A model generated the notes under the pieces. The model ran no database searches, was not told where the DNA came from, and saw nothing but the letters and a program-made list of their open reading frames with translations. From positions 1 through 64,000 of the forward strand of contig JAFGSQ010000016.1 in assembly GCA_016934535.1 (NCBI GenBank): a stretch of 64,000 nucleotides of DNA, in the 5' to 3' direction. Below are positions 8,654 to 19,261 of this stretch, in pieces. This stretch comes from a candidate division WOR-3 bacterium. Lineage in GTDB: Bacteria; SDB-A. Each line of letters begins with the position of its first letter. The stretch's first letter is position 1. Made by a program: the position numbers and the translations under genes.

Positions 8654-9352
8654 GTGCTTGTAAACTTCGATAAAACAGAAGCTAATTTCGAAACCGACGA
8701 TATAGACACTGATATTTATAGTAATTCCGAAGGAATTACTAGTACTAATTCCGAAGGAATTACTAGTACTAATTCCGAAGGAATTACTAGGGTAAATTCT
8801 GAAATTACAATAAATAATTCTGACGAAATCGAAAATGAAAAAAAGAAGATCGAAAACGAAAATATGGAATTGAACAAAAAATATAAAGAGCTCTATGAAA
8901 CCTATCTGCGCTCATTGGCTGATTTCGAAAATTTCAAAAAAAGAACAAGAAAAGAATCCTTGAACAATTACAGGTCAGGTCAAACAGAGATTTTAAAAGA
9001 CATTCTCGATATTTCCGACGATTTTGAAAGAGGAAGGGAATTTTTAACTAACTGTAAAAACGAAAACGAATTTTTAACCGGACTTGAACTTATAGCGAAC
9101 AAGTTCAAAAATCTCCTCGTTTCGCACAATACATTGTGTTACGGAGAATGCGGAGAAGATTTTGATCCGAAGATCCACGAGGCCGTCGCTTCAGAATGCG
9201 TCGATGACCCGGAAATGGACTGCAAAATAATCAAAATTATAAGAAAAGGCTTCATTAAAGAAGACGAAATTCTAAGACCGGCTCAGGTCATCGTCGGCCG
9301 TTTCGATAACGATTTCGAAGAAAAGCTTGAAAACACCGCAGAAAACAAATGA
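8654..9352 (+). CDS. grpE: Nucleotide exchange factor GrpE
   Basis: ADFENFKKR, FDPKIHEAV, KGF....ILRPAQVIV; GTG start with AGGAGG; precedes dnaK. Confidence 0.93.
   Translation: MLVNFDKTEANFETDDIDTDIYSNSEGITSTNSEGITSTNSEGITRVNSEITINNSDEIENEKKKIENENMELNKKYKELYETYLRSLADFENFKKRTRKESLNNYRSGQTEILKDILDISDDFERGREFLTNCKNENEFLTGLELIANKFKNLLVSHNTLCYGECGEDFDPKIHEAVASECVDDPEMDCKIIKIIRKGFIKEDEILRPAQVIVGRFDNDFEEKLENTAENK
8719..8790. repeat. 24-bp in-frame tandem repeat (about 2.9 copies) built from palindromes, inside grpE
   Basis: Unit TAATTCCGAAGGAATTACTAGTAC at 8722, 8746 and 8770 (partial); encodes NSEGITST x2 plus NSEGIT. Confidence 0.95.
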
Positions 9353-9377
9353 ATAAAATATTTATAAAGGAGCTGTT

Positions 9378-11291
9378 ATGGCAAACGAAAAAATAATCGG
9401 CATAGACCTCGGGACGACAAATTCCTGTGTTGCGGTCGTTGAAGGCAACGAACCTGTAGTAATTCCAAATCCGGACGGGGAAAGGACCACTCCTTCTGTA
9501 GTCGGATTCACAAAACAGGGCGAAAGATTAGTCGGCCTCCTGGCAAAAAGACAGCAGACCACCAACGCTAAAAACACAATATATTCAATAAAAAGATTTA
9601 TGGGAAGACGCATGGAGGAAGTGAACAGGGAAAGAGACCTTGTGCCGTACGAAATAATTGACGGCGGCGCTGCCGGAGTAAAAGTATCCGCTATGGGAAA
9701 AGAATACACGCCTCAGGAAGTATCATCCATGACACTGCAGTACCTGAAAAAATCGGCAGAAGACTACCTGGGTACAAAAATCTCAAAAGCGGTAATTACC
9801 GTACCCGCATACTTTAATGACGCACAGAGACAGGCCACTAAAGACGCAGGCAGAATTGCGGGATTGGAAGTTATGAGGATTATCAACGAACCAACGGCAG
9901 CTGCTTTGGCTTACGGCTTGGATAAAAAGAAAAACCAGAAAATCGCCGTGTACGACCTTGGAGGCGGCACTTTCGACATAAGCATTCTTGAAATCGGTGA
10001 CGGGGTTTTTGAAGTGATATCAACTAACGGTGACACTCACCTCGGCGGGGACGACTTCGATCAGAGGATTGTCGATTTTGTCGCTGAAGAATTCATCAAA
10101 ACCGACGGTATCGATCTCAGAAAAGACCCTCAGGCTTTGCAGAGGCTCAGAGAAGCCTCTGAAAAAGCGAAACGCGAACTATCCACCTCGCTCGAAAGAC
10201 CGATACAACTTCCGTACATTACAGCAGACAGCACTGGCGCCAAACATCTCGACATAACGCTGACAAGAGCTAAATTGGAATCACTCGTCGAAGATCTCGT
10301 CAAAAAAACTCTCAGGCCCTGCGAACAAGCCCTTTACGACGCTAAACTTTCACCCGCCGACGTTGACGAAGTAATCCTCGTCGGTGGAATGACGAGAATG
10401 CCGAAAGTTCAGGAAACGGTGTCGAATTTCTTTTCCAAGGAACCTCACAAAGGTATAAATCCCGACGAAGTGGTGGCTATAGGAGCCGCTATACAGGGAG
10501 CGGTTCTGGCAGGAGATGTAAAAGATGTTCTCCTCCTCGACGTCACTCCTTTATCGCTCGGAATAGAAACCCTCGGCGGGGTCATGACAAAAATAATCGA
10601 GAGAAACACGACAATACCGACAAAAAAGAGCCAGATATTCAGCACCGCAACAGACAATCAGACAAGTGTGACTATTCACGTCCTTCAGGGAGAAAGAGAG
10701 ATGGCTTCCGACAACAGGACCCTGGGAAGATTTGATTTAATAAGCATACCCCCCGCACCGAGAGGTATACCTCAAATCGAGGTCACGTTCGATATCGATG
10801 CGGACGGAATCCTGCACGTCTCGGCAAAAGACCTGGCGACATCGAGAGAGCAAAAAATAAGAATAGAGGCCGGAACTGGCATAAACGAGGACGAGATAAA
10901 CAGAATGGTCAGAGAAGCAAAAGAGCACGAAACTGAAGACAAGGAAAAGAAAAAACTGATTGAAGCGAAAAACCAGGCCGACAACCTCATATATACGATA
11001 GAAAAGACTATGAGAGAAAATTCATCCTCTGTAACTACTGAAGAAAAAAACCAGATCCTTTTCAGCATAGAAGAACTGAAAAAAGCCATTGCGAGCAACG
11101 ACCTTATCTCAATCAACAACGCCATCAGCACTTTGACGACCAATTTCAATCCGATAGCCCAAAGGCTGTATCAGCAGGAAGCAAAACAAAACGCCCCTGA
11201 ACAGGGTGAACCCGAAAAAACCGAACAAAACAAGGATTCGTCCGAAAGCGACGCGGACTTCGAAGTGATAAACGACGGTCAGCAGAAATAA
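9378..11291 (+). CDS. dnaK: Chaperone DnaK (Hsp70)
   Basis: [28 protein letters not shown], full-length 637 aa. Confidence 0.99.
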   Translation: MANEKIIGIDLGTTNSCVAVVEGNEPVVIPNPDGERTTPSVVGFTKQGERLVGLLAKRQQTTNAKNTIYSIKRFMGRRMEEVNRERDLVPYEIIDGGAAGVKVSAMGKEYTPQEVSSMTLQYLKKSAEDYLGTKISKAVITVPAYFNDAQRQATKDAGRIAGLEVMRIINEPTAAALAYGLDKKKNQKIAVYDLGGGTFDISILEIGDGVFEVISTNGDTHLGGDDFDQRIVDFVAEEFIKTDGIDLRKDPQALQRLREASEKAKRELSTSLERPIQLPYITADSTGAKHLDITLTRAKLESLVEDLVKKTLRPCEQALYDAKLSPADVDEVILVGGMTRMPKVQETVSNFFSKEPHKGINPDEVVAIGAAIQGAVLAGDVKDVLLLDVTPLSLGIETLGGVMTKIIERNTTIPTKKSQIFSTATDNQTSVTIHVLQGEREMASDNRTLGRFDLISIPPAPRGIPQIEVTFDIDADGILHVSAKDLATSREQKIRIEAGTGINEDEINRMVREAKEHETEDKEKKKLIEAKNQADNLIYTIEKTMRENSSSVTTEEKNQILFSIEELKKAIASNDLISINNAISTLTTNFNPIAQRLYQQEAKQNAPEQGEPEKTEQNKDSSESDADFEVINDGQQK

Positions 11292-11309
11292 TCCGGATCC
11301 GGTAATAAT

Positions 11310-12491
11310 TTGCAAAGTCACAACGCACAGAAAAAAAGAGACTATTACGAAGTTCTCGGCATAGCGAGAACCGCTTCCGAAGACGAAATCAAAAAATCGT
11401 ACCGTTCTCTCGCAAAAAAATACCATCCCGACCTCAATAAAGGCGACGAAAAACAAGCGGCTGAAAAATTCAAGGAAATCAGCGAGGCATACGAAGTGCT
11501 GATGGATAAAAACAAACGCGCACAATACGACAGGTTCGGTCACGAGGGACTTTCCCAGAGCTTCGGTCAAAACGGATTCTCCATGAGAGATTTCACTCAC
11601 ATGGACGATCTGAACGACATATTTGGAAGTTTCGGTGGCCTGGAAGACATTCTCGGATCTTTTTTCGGAGCTTCACCCGGTTTCAGAAACAAAAAACAGA
11701 GAAATCCTTTCTCTCCCCAAAGAGGAAAAAACATTGAGATTTCTTTGAAAATGCACCTGAAAGAGATGAATTCAGAAATCCTGAAGACCATATCTCTTTC
11801 AAGGCACGAAAAATGCGAGGACTGTTCGGGTGCCGGTTACAAGGACAAAAACGACAAACAGAAATGTTCCGTTTGCCAGGGCTCCGGCTATGTTAAAAAA
11901 TCCGTCAACACAATGTTCGGAAGGATGGTATCTACGACGACATGCCATAAATGCGGCGGATCGGGTTCAGAAATCAAAAATCCCTGCACCAAATGTCTCG
12001 GCGAGGGAGTTCTCAGCGTATCGTCCAAAGTCGAAATAAACCTGCCAGCCGGCATAATCCCTGAAGAAGGCCCCTACGTCCTTAGAGGTGAAGGAAACGC
12101 CGGAAAATCCGGCGGAGATAGGGGCGACCTCATTATAAACATCCAGGAAATACCCGACGACATCTTTCTGAGGTCGGGTAGAAATGTTCTTTGCAGGTTT
12201 CCGGTCAGTATGAACGCACTCGCGACGGGAGATAAAATTAAAGTCCCGACTATCGAGGGAGACGTATTGATGACTATACCCCAGGGCACTCAGACGGGGC
12301 ATGTATTCAGGTTGAAAAACAAAGGGCTCCCCCATCCGAGAAAAAATCAAAGAGGAGATCAGCTCGTTGAAGTGGTCGCCTGGACTCCTCAAAATATGTC
12401 AAAAAAGGCCAAAGATCTTTTCAAAGAGCTCGGGGGAGAAATCGCTGAAAACACACCTCCACCTTCGAGAAAACTATTCAACATAGATTGA
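11310..12491 (+). CDS. dnaJ: Chaperone DnaJ
   Basis: J domain with HPD, G/F region, four CxxCxGxG repeats; start codon uncertain (TTG). Confidence 0.97.
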   Translation: MQSHNAQKKRDYYEVLGIARTASEDEIKKSYRSLAKKYHPDLNKGDEKQAAEKFKEISEAYEVLMDKNKRAQYDRFGHEGLSQSFGQNGFSMRDFTHMDDLNDIFGSFGGLEDILGSFFGASPGFRNKKQRNPFSPQRGKNIEISLKMHLKEMNSEILKTISLSRHEKCEDCSGAGYKDKNDKQKCSVCQGSGYVKKSVNTMFGRMVSTTTCHKCGGSGSEIKNPCTKCLGEGVLSVSSKVEINLPAGIIPEEGPYVLRGEGNAGKSGGDRGDLIINIQEIPDDIFLRSGRNVLCRFPVSMNALATGDKIKVPTIEGDVLMTIPQGTQTGHVFRLKNKGLPHPRKNQRGDQLVEVVAWTPQNMSKKAKDLFKELGGEIAENTPPPSRKLFNID

Positions 12492-13231
12492 CCCCTGCAA
12501 AAATCAGACCTCTCTTTATTTCGTCTTCAATTGATCTGTCGCAAAAAACAGTCTTGTTTGATGACGACGAATCCAGGCACGCAAAAAAATCCTGCAGGCT
12601 CAATAGAAATGAACCCTTCTTCGTAACTGACGGCAAAGGATGTCTGGTTAAAGCTGTCTTCGGTGACAAAGAAAGAAAACATTCAAACCTGTCGAGAATA
12701 ACTGAGATAATCGATACATCTGATTTTCCGGAGAAGAAAATCGCATTGACGGTGGCCTGTTCGGTTGTAGACGGAAAGAGATTCGAAGATGTGGTCTCAA
12801 AAACAACAGAAGTCGGAGCGAGCGAGATCCAGCCGATAATATCGGACAGATCGCAGAAATTTGTCCTCAAAGCGGACAGGCTTTTTAAAATAGCTGTTTC
12901 CGCCATAAAACAATCAGGAAGAGTTTATCTTCCTGAAATAAGGAGACCGATCACTCTTTCTGATTTTCTGCGCCGGCGCTCATTCGTTCCAAACGAATGC
13001 TGTTACATGGAAAAAGAGAACTGCGGAAAAAAAAATAACGACATGAGCTCCGTCAGAGTCATTTTAATCGGTCCCGAGGGCGGATGGACTGACGAAGAGA
13101 TCGAATTGTTCTGCCGAAACGGTTTCAGACGGCTTTCTTTGGGATTTACAACATTGCGAGTCGAAACAGCAGCGACAATAGGCACTGCCCTGGCAATAGA
13201 CGCACAAATAAATTCAAAGGGATTGAAGTGA
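12488..13231 (+). CDS. rsmE: 16S rRNA m3U1498 methyltransferase RsmE
   Basis: K.TEVG, IGPEGGW, LG.T.LRVETA motifs; follows dnaJ. Confidence 0.92.
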   Translation: MTPAKIRPLFISSSIDLSQKTVLFDDDESRHAKKSCRLNRNEPFFVTDGKGCLVKAVFGDKERKHSNLSRITEIIDTSDFPEKKIALTVACSVVDGKRFEDVVSKTTEVGASEIQPIISDRSQKFVLKADRLFKIAVSAIKQSGRVYLPEIRRPITLSDFLRRRSFVPNECCYMEKENCGKKNNDMSSVRVILIGPEGGWTDEEIELFCRNGFRRLSLGFTTLRVETAATIGTALAIDAQINSKGLK

Positions 13232-14274
13232 AAAAAAAGATTGCGATCGTATCCGGGACCAGACCAAACATAGTAAAAATCGCTCCTCTTCTGAAGCAAC
13301 ATCTGTCTTCTTACGAACATCTTATTGACATCGAGCTTTTTCACACGGGTCAGCATTATGACTTCTCAATGCACGGAACTTTTTTCGAAGATTTTTCACT
13401 TCCTCTTCCCGATCACATATTTGAAATCCGGGACATGAAAACATCTGCACAGATAGGCGCAGTGATGACTGAGCTCGAAAAAGCTTTCGAGAAAAAAAAT
13501 CCGGACGCGGTTCTGGTCGTAGGAGACGTCAATTCGACTTTAGCCGCCGCGATCACTTCGTCGAAAATGGGCATTTTTCTTGTGCACCTCGAAGCCGGAG
13601 TCAGATCTTTCGACATGTCTATGACTGAAGAACAGAACAGGGTGGTAGTCGATTTGCTGGCCGATTTACTGCTCTCGCCAACGAAAACTGCTGTTTTCAA
13701 TCTCGAAAAACAGGGGATCTCGAAATCCTCGGTAAAGCTCGTCGGCAACATTCTGGCAGAATCTCTTCTCAAATTCAATCATAAGGACTCCGAAAGGGAA
13801 AATTTTGGATTGATGACGCTTCACAGGCCTTTCAATGTAGACGACGAGCAAAATCTTGAAAGAATCATTTTAACCATAGGAAAAAACACGGATGTTCCCG
13901 TGATTTTCCCCGTTCATCCGAGAACTGCAAAAAACATTATTAACATTGATATCCCCGAAAATATACGTATTTCAGAACCGATGTCTTACTCAGAATTCAT
14001 AGGGTCACTGTCTAAATGTGCTTTTGTTATTACAGATTCGGGCGGAGTTCAAACCGAAGCGACCATTCTCAAAACGCCCTGTGTCACTTTGAGAAAAAAC
14101 TCAGAATGGCCCGAAACAATCGAAACCGGAACCAACGTCCTTTTGGAAGATCCGTCAGGTATAAAGGTCGCGCTCAAAGAAGCTTCGCAAAAATCCCTGT
14201 CAGCGACACTTCCACTGTTCTGGGACGGTGAAGTGTCGCGAAGAATATGGGAATCGGTTATCGCGGCTCTGTAA
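13228..14274 (+). CDS. wecB: UDP-N-acetylglucosamine 2-epimerase (non-hydrolysing)
   Basis: GTRPN, HTGQHYD, VGDVNST, HLEAG.RS, TLHRP.NVD, TDSGG.Q.EA. Confidence 0.93.
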   Translation: MKKKIAIVSGTRPNIVKIAPLLKQHLSSYEHLIDIELFHTGQHYDFSMHGTFFEDFSLPLPDHIFEIRDMKTSAQIGAVMTELEKAFEKKNPDAVLVVGDVNSTLAAAITSSKMGIFLVHLEAGVRSFDMSMTEEQNRVVVDLLADLLLSPTKTAVFNLEKQGISKSSVKLVGNILAESLLKFNHKDSERENFGLMTLHRPFNVDDEQNLERIILTIGKNTDVPVIFPVHPRTAKNIINIDIPENIRISEPMSYSEFIGSLSKCAFVITDSGGVQTEATILKTPCVTLRKNSEWPETIETGTNVLLEDPSGIKVALKEASQKSLSATLPLFWDGEVSRRIWESVIAAL

Positions 14275-14283
14275 TATAATTTT

Positions 14284-15567
14284 CTACTGCAGAACGCCGC
14301 CTTTTCCCTTGAGCAGATTCTGAATTTCCGTGTGACCGGCCTCCTCGGCGTAATACAGCGGTGTGTGCTGTTCGTCGTTTTTCAAGTTAACATGAGCCCC
14401 GGCGGACAAAAGAGATTCAACAATGTCCGCATGTCCGTACTGTGAAGCGTAATGAAGAGGCGTCCACTGTTTTACGTTTCTGACGTCGACGTCGGCTCCG
14501 TTTTCAATCAGGATTTTAACCGTTTCCGCGTATCCTTCCGCGGCGGCGAGATGTAAGGGGGCTACAGCAGAATCACCCCTGGCTATGCTGTTGACATCAG
14601 CTCCGGATTCCAAAAGCAATGATATTATTCCACTTTCACCATTGAAGGCTGCTAAATGCAACGGAGTCCAGTAACCGACGACAATTTCGTCTATTGAAGT
14701 TTTTCCCTCAGCGCTGATTTTTGCCCCTGATTCCAATAGCAGCTTCACTATGTCCGCGTATCCTTCTCTGGCGGCATAATGCAGAGGTGTCCAGCCGTTT
14801 TCTTTTTCTGCGTTAACGTCGGCGCCTTTGGCGATGAGTTCTTTGACAACGAGCAGATGTCCGTAGTTAGAAGCCATATGAAGCGGCGTGACTCCGTTGT
14901 AATCCGAAATATCCACAGCCGCTCCGCTCATTATAAGCTCCTGAACAGCTATCAGGTTGCCGTATTCCGAAGCGGCAAAAAGAGGCGTTTCACCGAATTC
15001 GTTCCTGGCATTCACGCTTGCCCCTCTATCCAGATAAAGACTGATCACTTCAAAATATCCTCCTCTGGCGACCAGATGAAGAGGTGTGTCTCCGGAATCG
15101 CTCCAGACACGCGAGTTAACATCGGATCCTCTGTCGAGAAGCAGTTTTGAAACCTCGTATCTGCCGTTGTATGCGGCCAAATGAAGAGACGTCCAATATC
15201 CCGCTGTGTTTTCGTCGACCGATGTTTTTCCTCTCAACGTCAGGTCTGCACCAGAATTTATAAGCATGACAACGATGTCCTGGTATCCTTCTCTCGTGGC
15301 ATAATGAAGAGGAGTCCAACCCCACTCGTCTTGGGAGTTTACGTCGGCGCCTGCGCTCAAAAGCTCTTGTGCTATCGATGTTTCACCTTCATCCGCGGCC
15401 ATTCTCAAAGCGTAACCGTATCTCTCTTTGCCTTCAGGATAAGAAGAAACGTCGTAGAGATTGTTCATCCATTCGTTCGTTTCCTGACTGATTCTCACGC
15501 CGCATGAAAAACAGGCGAAGACAATGATAGCAAGCGGCAGAAACTTCAACGAGAGATTTTTTTTCAT
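14284..15567 (-). CDS. Ankyrin-repeat lipoprotein (about 11 repeats)
   Basis: Signal/lipobox ...FACFS-C; repeated G.TPLH.AA..G...V..LL..GADVN units; GGAGG SD. Confidence 0.93.
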   Translation of the reverse strand: MKKNLSLKFLPLAIIVFACFSCGVRISQETNEWMNNLYDVSSYPEGKERYGYALRMAADEGETSIAQELLSAGADVNSQDEWGWTPLHYATREGYQDIVVMLINSGADLTLRGKTSVDENTAGYWTSLHLAAYNGRYEVSKLLLDRGSDVNSRVWSDSGDTPLHLVARGGYFEVISLYLDRGASVNARNEFGETPLFAASEYGNLIAVQELIMSGAAVDISDYNGVTPLHMASNYGHLLVVKELIAKGADVNAEKENGWTPLHYAAREGYADIVKLLLESGAKISAEGKTSIDEIVVGYWTPLHLAAFNGESGIISLLLESGADVNSIARGDSAVAPLHLAAAEGYAETVKILIENGADVDVRNVKQWTPLHYASQYGHADIVESLLSAGAHVNLKNDEQHTPLYYAEEAGHTEIQNLLKGKGGVLQ

Positions 15568-15649
15568 ACGTCAGCCTCCTTTTTTCCAGTCTGTACTTTT
15601 TTTTTATTATACTATATTCACTCTTAAAAAATAACAGATTAAGCATAGA

Positions 15650-15678
15650 TTGTTTTTTTTTTTGGCGGGTTTTATAAT
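15650..15678 (+). promoter_or_regulatory. Candidate sigma70 promoter of the hisC-ftsK-lolA operon
   Basis: TTGTTT (15650-15655), 17 nt, TATAAT (15673-15678); a T11 run covers the -35 and spacer. Confidence 0.55.
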
Positions 15679-15704
15679 CTAGACTAAACATTTCAGGAGG
15701 GCGG

Positions 15705-16799
15705 ATGAAATACAAGGCGAGGAAAATAATAAAAAAAATCGAACCGTACGTGCCCGGGAAACCTCTGGAAGAAGTCGCGCGACAGCTCGGGATAAAAGAT
15801 GAAATCGTGAAACTGGCATCAAACGAAAATCCCCTCGGACCCTCGCCGGTAGCTGTTCAGTGCATAAGAGAAATTTTGAACGACCTGAATTATTATCCTG
15901 ACGATAATGTTTACTATCTCAAGGAAAAGCTATCTTCTATTTACGACATTCCTCACAATTGCATCACAGTGACAAACGGCAGCGCAGAGCTTATAGTTCT
16001 TGCTATCATGAGCCATCTTGACAAAATGCACGGTATTGTGATGGGTTGGCCGTGTTTCATAATCCCTAAAATAGCCTCCTGTTTTGTTGAAGCGCCTGTC
16101 AAGTCAATACCTGTGAAGAATAACTACTGTCACGACTTCGAGACCATGATCTCTTCAGTAGACGGAAAGACCAGAATCCTTTACCTGGACAATCCCACCA
16201 ATCCTCTGGGCACAATGCTTGATCCCGATGAAATTGATCATCTTTTGAAAAAAACGCCTGATCACGTTCTCGTCATGCTTGATCAGGCATACGAGGATTA
16301 TCTCCCTGAAGAACTGAAAATCCCTGTCAAATCACTGTTAGAGAAAAGAGAGAATCTTCTGATCCTGAGAACCTTTTCAAAAATATACGGACTTGCCGGC
16401 CTGAGAATAGGATACGGGATATCTAACTCACAGATTGCAGAAAACATATCCAAAGTCAGAGTTCCTTTCAACGTCAATTCCCTGGCCCAGAAAGCGGCGA
16501 TTCACGCCCTCGACGACTTGGATCACATAAGAAAATCAAAGTCTCTCAACGATGAAGAAACCCGCTTCCTTTCGTCAGAACTTAAAAACAGAAAATTCGA
16601 AGTTCTCGATTACTTCGCTAATTTTATCACTTTCAACTTTGGAGATGACGTTTCCGACGTCTTTTCACACCTTCAAAAAAAAGGAGTTATAACAAGACCT
16701 TTGAAATCATACAAAATCAGTAATTTGCTGAGAGTGACAACCGGCACGAGAAGGCAGGACGAGAAATTTCTTGCTGCTCTCGATAATTTCAAATCATGA
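15705..16799 (+). CDS. hisC: Histidinol-phosphate/aromatic aminotransferase (class II PLP)
   Basis: YVPGKP, KLASNENPLGPSP, NPTNP.G, RTFSKIYGLAGLRIGY. Confidence 0.9.
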   Translation: MKYKARKIIKKIEPYVPGKPLEEVARQLGIKDEIVKLASNENPLGPSPVAVQCIREILNDLNYYPDDNVYYLKEKLSSIYDIPHNCITVTNGSAELIVLAIMSHLDKMHGIVMGWPCFIIPKIASCFVEAPVKSIPVKNNYCHDFETMISSVDGKTRILYLDNPTNPLGTMLDPDEIDHLLKKTPDHVLVMLDQAYEDYLPEELKIPVKSLLEKRENLLILRTFSKIYGLAGLRIGYGISNSQIAENISKVRVPFNVNSLAQKAAIHALDDLDHIRKSKSLNDEETRFLSSELKNRKFEVLDYFANFITFNFGDDVSDVFSHLQKKGVITRPLKSYKISNLLRVTTGTRRQDEKFLAALDNFKS

Positions 16800-19261
16800 G
16801 CGTTTTCCTCGAAATACTAAAAGCAGTCGGAAAAATACTACTGTTTTCAGCCGCCGGAGTCGTTGGTTTTTATCTGATATACAGAATTTTAAAATACTTT
16901 TTTTTCAGAGCCGTCAATCTTCCGAAAAAAATATGGAAGGACTTGTCGGCAATCGGTTTTTTTGCTTTTTCTCTTTATGTGCTCACAGCTTTTGTTTCAA
17001 ATTCGTTTTTTGCCGAAAAAAACTTGTCGGGATTCTTCGGCAAATGGATTTCATCCTGGTGTTTTTATTTGTTCGGCTGGCAATCGTATGTCTTTCTTGC
17101 CGCATTGTTTATTTTGGCTTGGAAATTATGCGCAAACGCATGGTCCCAACAAAGCCAAAAAAGTGACAGCCGAATATACGCTTTGACAGCTTTCCTGATC
17201 ACGACAGCATTTACATCCATGTCTATACTGGGAATGTTCAAAATTCCCGGCAAGAAACCGGTTGACAATTATACGGACTATCTCGCTTCAGGACAGCTGG
17301 GACAAATCATAGCTGACTACGGAACGGCGTTTTTAGGCAGGACGGGCTTTGTCCTCACAGTTCTTATATTTTTTCTGACAACATCAGTGCTCGCTACGGG
17401 TTTCGACGCCGTTAAAATCTTTTTTTTAATCAAGAAATTATTGATCTTTGCAAACAAAAGATTTAAAAAATACCCCGTTAAGAAAAAAAGAGAGAAACAT
17501 AATCTAAAGACAACGGGCAATGTTTCTAAAACAGAACCGGCTCCTCATTTAATAAAAAATCCCCCTGCGGAACAAACCGAAGATATCCCGGACGAGCAAA
17601 TCAGTTTCGAACCTGGCGACTACGGAGATTTTATAGACAATGCTTTCCAGGATAGGATAATGTCCCTATTCGACGAACAGAGTACCGGGGACGCTACTCC
17701 TCCGGCTCCGGAGAATAAACTCGCCGCAGCTCTCGAAAGTAAACTCGCGGATTTCAACATCATAGGCAAAGTCACAAACGTCGAAACCGGTCCGGTTATA
17801 ACAACTTTGGAATATCTTCCCGAACCGGGTATAAAACTCTCGAAAATCAGCAGCCTTTCAGACGACATGGCAATGGCTATGCACGCAGAAAAAGTCAGAA
17901 TAGTCGCCCCGATACCTGGAAAGTCAGTCGTAGGTTTCGAAATACCTAACAAGTCCAAATCGACAGTCTATCTCAAATCCATATTGCTCGACCAGTCTTT
18001 CCAAACCAGCCCGCAAGCACTGACCATAGCACTTGGCGTGACAACCTCTAACCAGCCGACAGTCGCGGACCTCTCCCAGATGCCCCATCTGCTGGTTGCC
18101 GGAACAACAGGCAGCGGCAAGAGTGTCTGCATCAATTCGATCATTTGTTCTCTGATTTCACGCATTTCACCGAAAAATCTGAGATTCATACTCATTGACC
18201 CCAAACGTATTGAACTATCAATATACAATGGCATTCCCCACCTCGTAAGACCTGTAATAGTTGAACCGAAACACGCTCCCCAGATACTCAATTCCCTTAT
18301 AAACTGGATGGATTTACGCTACAAGGATTTTGGAAAACTGGGCGTCCGCAATATAACGGCTTACAACAAAAAAGCGCCGGCTGATCAGAGCAAACCTTAC
18401 ATTGTGGCTGTCATAGACGAACTGGCCGATTTGATGATGACGACAGGAAAAATAGTCGAGGACAGTTTAATCAGACTGGCGCAGATGTCTCGGGCAGTCG
18501 GGATACACCTGATTCTTGCAACTCAAAGACCTTCTGTCAACGTGATAACGGGTTTAATCAAGGCTAATTTTCCTGCGAGGATAGCTTTCAAGACCTCTTC
18601 CCAGATAGATTCACGGACGATTCTCGACGGTCCCGGTGCGGAAAAACTTCTGGGCAAAGGAGACATGCTTTTTTCTTCACCCGGAATGGGCGACGTCGTC
18701 AGGCTTCATGGGGCTTACCTGAGCACTGAAGAGGCAAGAAGAATTGTAAAGTTTTGGGCCCGCAATCATCTCGAAAAAACACTCCGCGGAAAAATCAGGC
18801 ATTTTTCAAAGATAGCGGAACTGGCGGTTCGTGAAGATTCAGTGCTCGATGCTATAACTGATCCTGAGCAAACCCCGGGAGCCGAAGAAATTCTGGAAAG
18901 ATTTGTCTTTTCAGCCGCAAGACTCACGGGCGCTGAAAAAGAATCCATTGCTGAAGCCCTGTCTTCCATAAATTATTATCCGACAGTAAAGGAACAGGAA
19001 GAATCCCCGTTGCCGGATTTCTATCCCGAAGAAATCGAGACCTCGGATACCGGCGTAGACGGCCTTGATACTCTATACGAGCAGGCTAAAGAATTCGTTC
19101 TTCGCACCAGGGTAGCCTCTGTTTCTGCGATTCAGAGGCATTTTAAAGTCGGTTACGCGAGAGCCGGCAGAATTATTGATCAGCTGGAAAACAACGGAAT
19201 CGTGGGTCCGCATCAAGGTTCAAAATCGCGAGATGTATTCACTGAAAAGGAGTTCAAATGA
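16796..19261 (+). CDS. ftsK: DNA translocase FtsK
   Basis: N-terminal TM segments, HLLVAGTTGSGKS, IDELADLMM, ATQRPS, C-terminal gamma domain 'SVSAIQRHFKVGYARAGRIID'. Confidence 0.96.
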   Translation: MSVFLEILKAVGKILLFSAAGVVGFYLIYRILKYFFFRAVNLPKKIWKDLSAIGFFAFSLYVLTAFVSNSFFAEKNLSGFFGKWISSWCFYLFGWQSYVFLAALFILAWKLCANAWSQQSQKSDSRIYALTAFLITTAFTSMSILGMFKIPGKKPVDNYTDYLASGQLGQIIADYGTAFLGRTGFVLTVLIFFLTTSVLATGFDAVKIFFLIKKLLIFANKRFKKYPVKKKREKHNLKTTGNVSKTEPAPHLIKNPPAEQTEDIPDEQISFEPGDYGDFIDNAFQDRIMSLFDEQSTGDATPPAPENKLAAALESKLADFNIIGKVTNVETGPVITTLEYLPEPGIKLSKISSLSDDMAMAMHAEKVRIVAPIPGKSVVGFEIPNKSKSTVYLKSILLDQSFQTSPQALTIALGVTTSNQPTVADLSQMPHLLVAGTTGSGKSVCINSIICSLISRISPKNLRFILIDPKRIELSIYNGIPHLVRPVIVEPKHAPQILNSLINWMDLRYKDFGKLGVRNITAYNKKAPADQSKPYIVAVIDELADLMMTTGKIVEDSLIRLAQMSRAVGIHLILATQRPSVNVITGLIKANFPARIAFKTSSQIDSRTILDGPGAEKLLGKGDMLFSSPGMGDVVRLHGAYLSTEEARRIVKFWARNHLEKTLRGKIRHFSKIAELAVREDSVLDAITDPEQTPGAEEILERFVFSAARLTGAEKESIAEALSSINYYPTVKEQEESPLPDFYPEEIETSDTGVDGLDTLYEQAKEFVLRTRVASVSAIQRHFKVGYARAGRIIDQLENNGIVGPHQGSKSRDVFTEKEFK

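Noticed and set aside
8719..8790. grpE repeat as a mini CRISPR array
   Set aside because: The palindromic units are directly adjacent with no unique spacers, lie in frame in a CDS, and there are no cas genes.
11293..11302. Perfect palindrome CCGGATCCGG between dnaK and dnaJ
   Set aside because: Only 10 bp with no loop or U-tract; compatible with chance.
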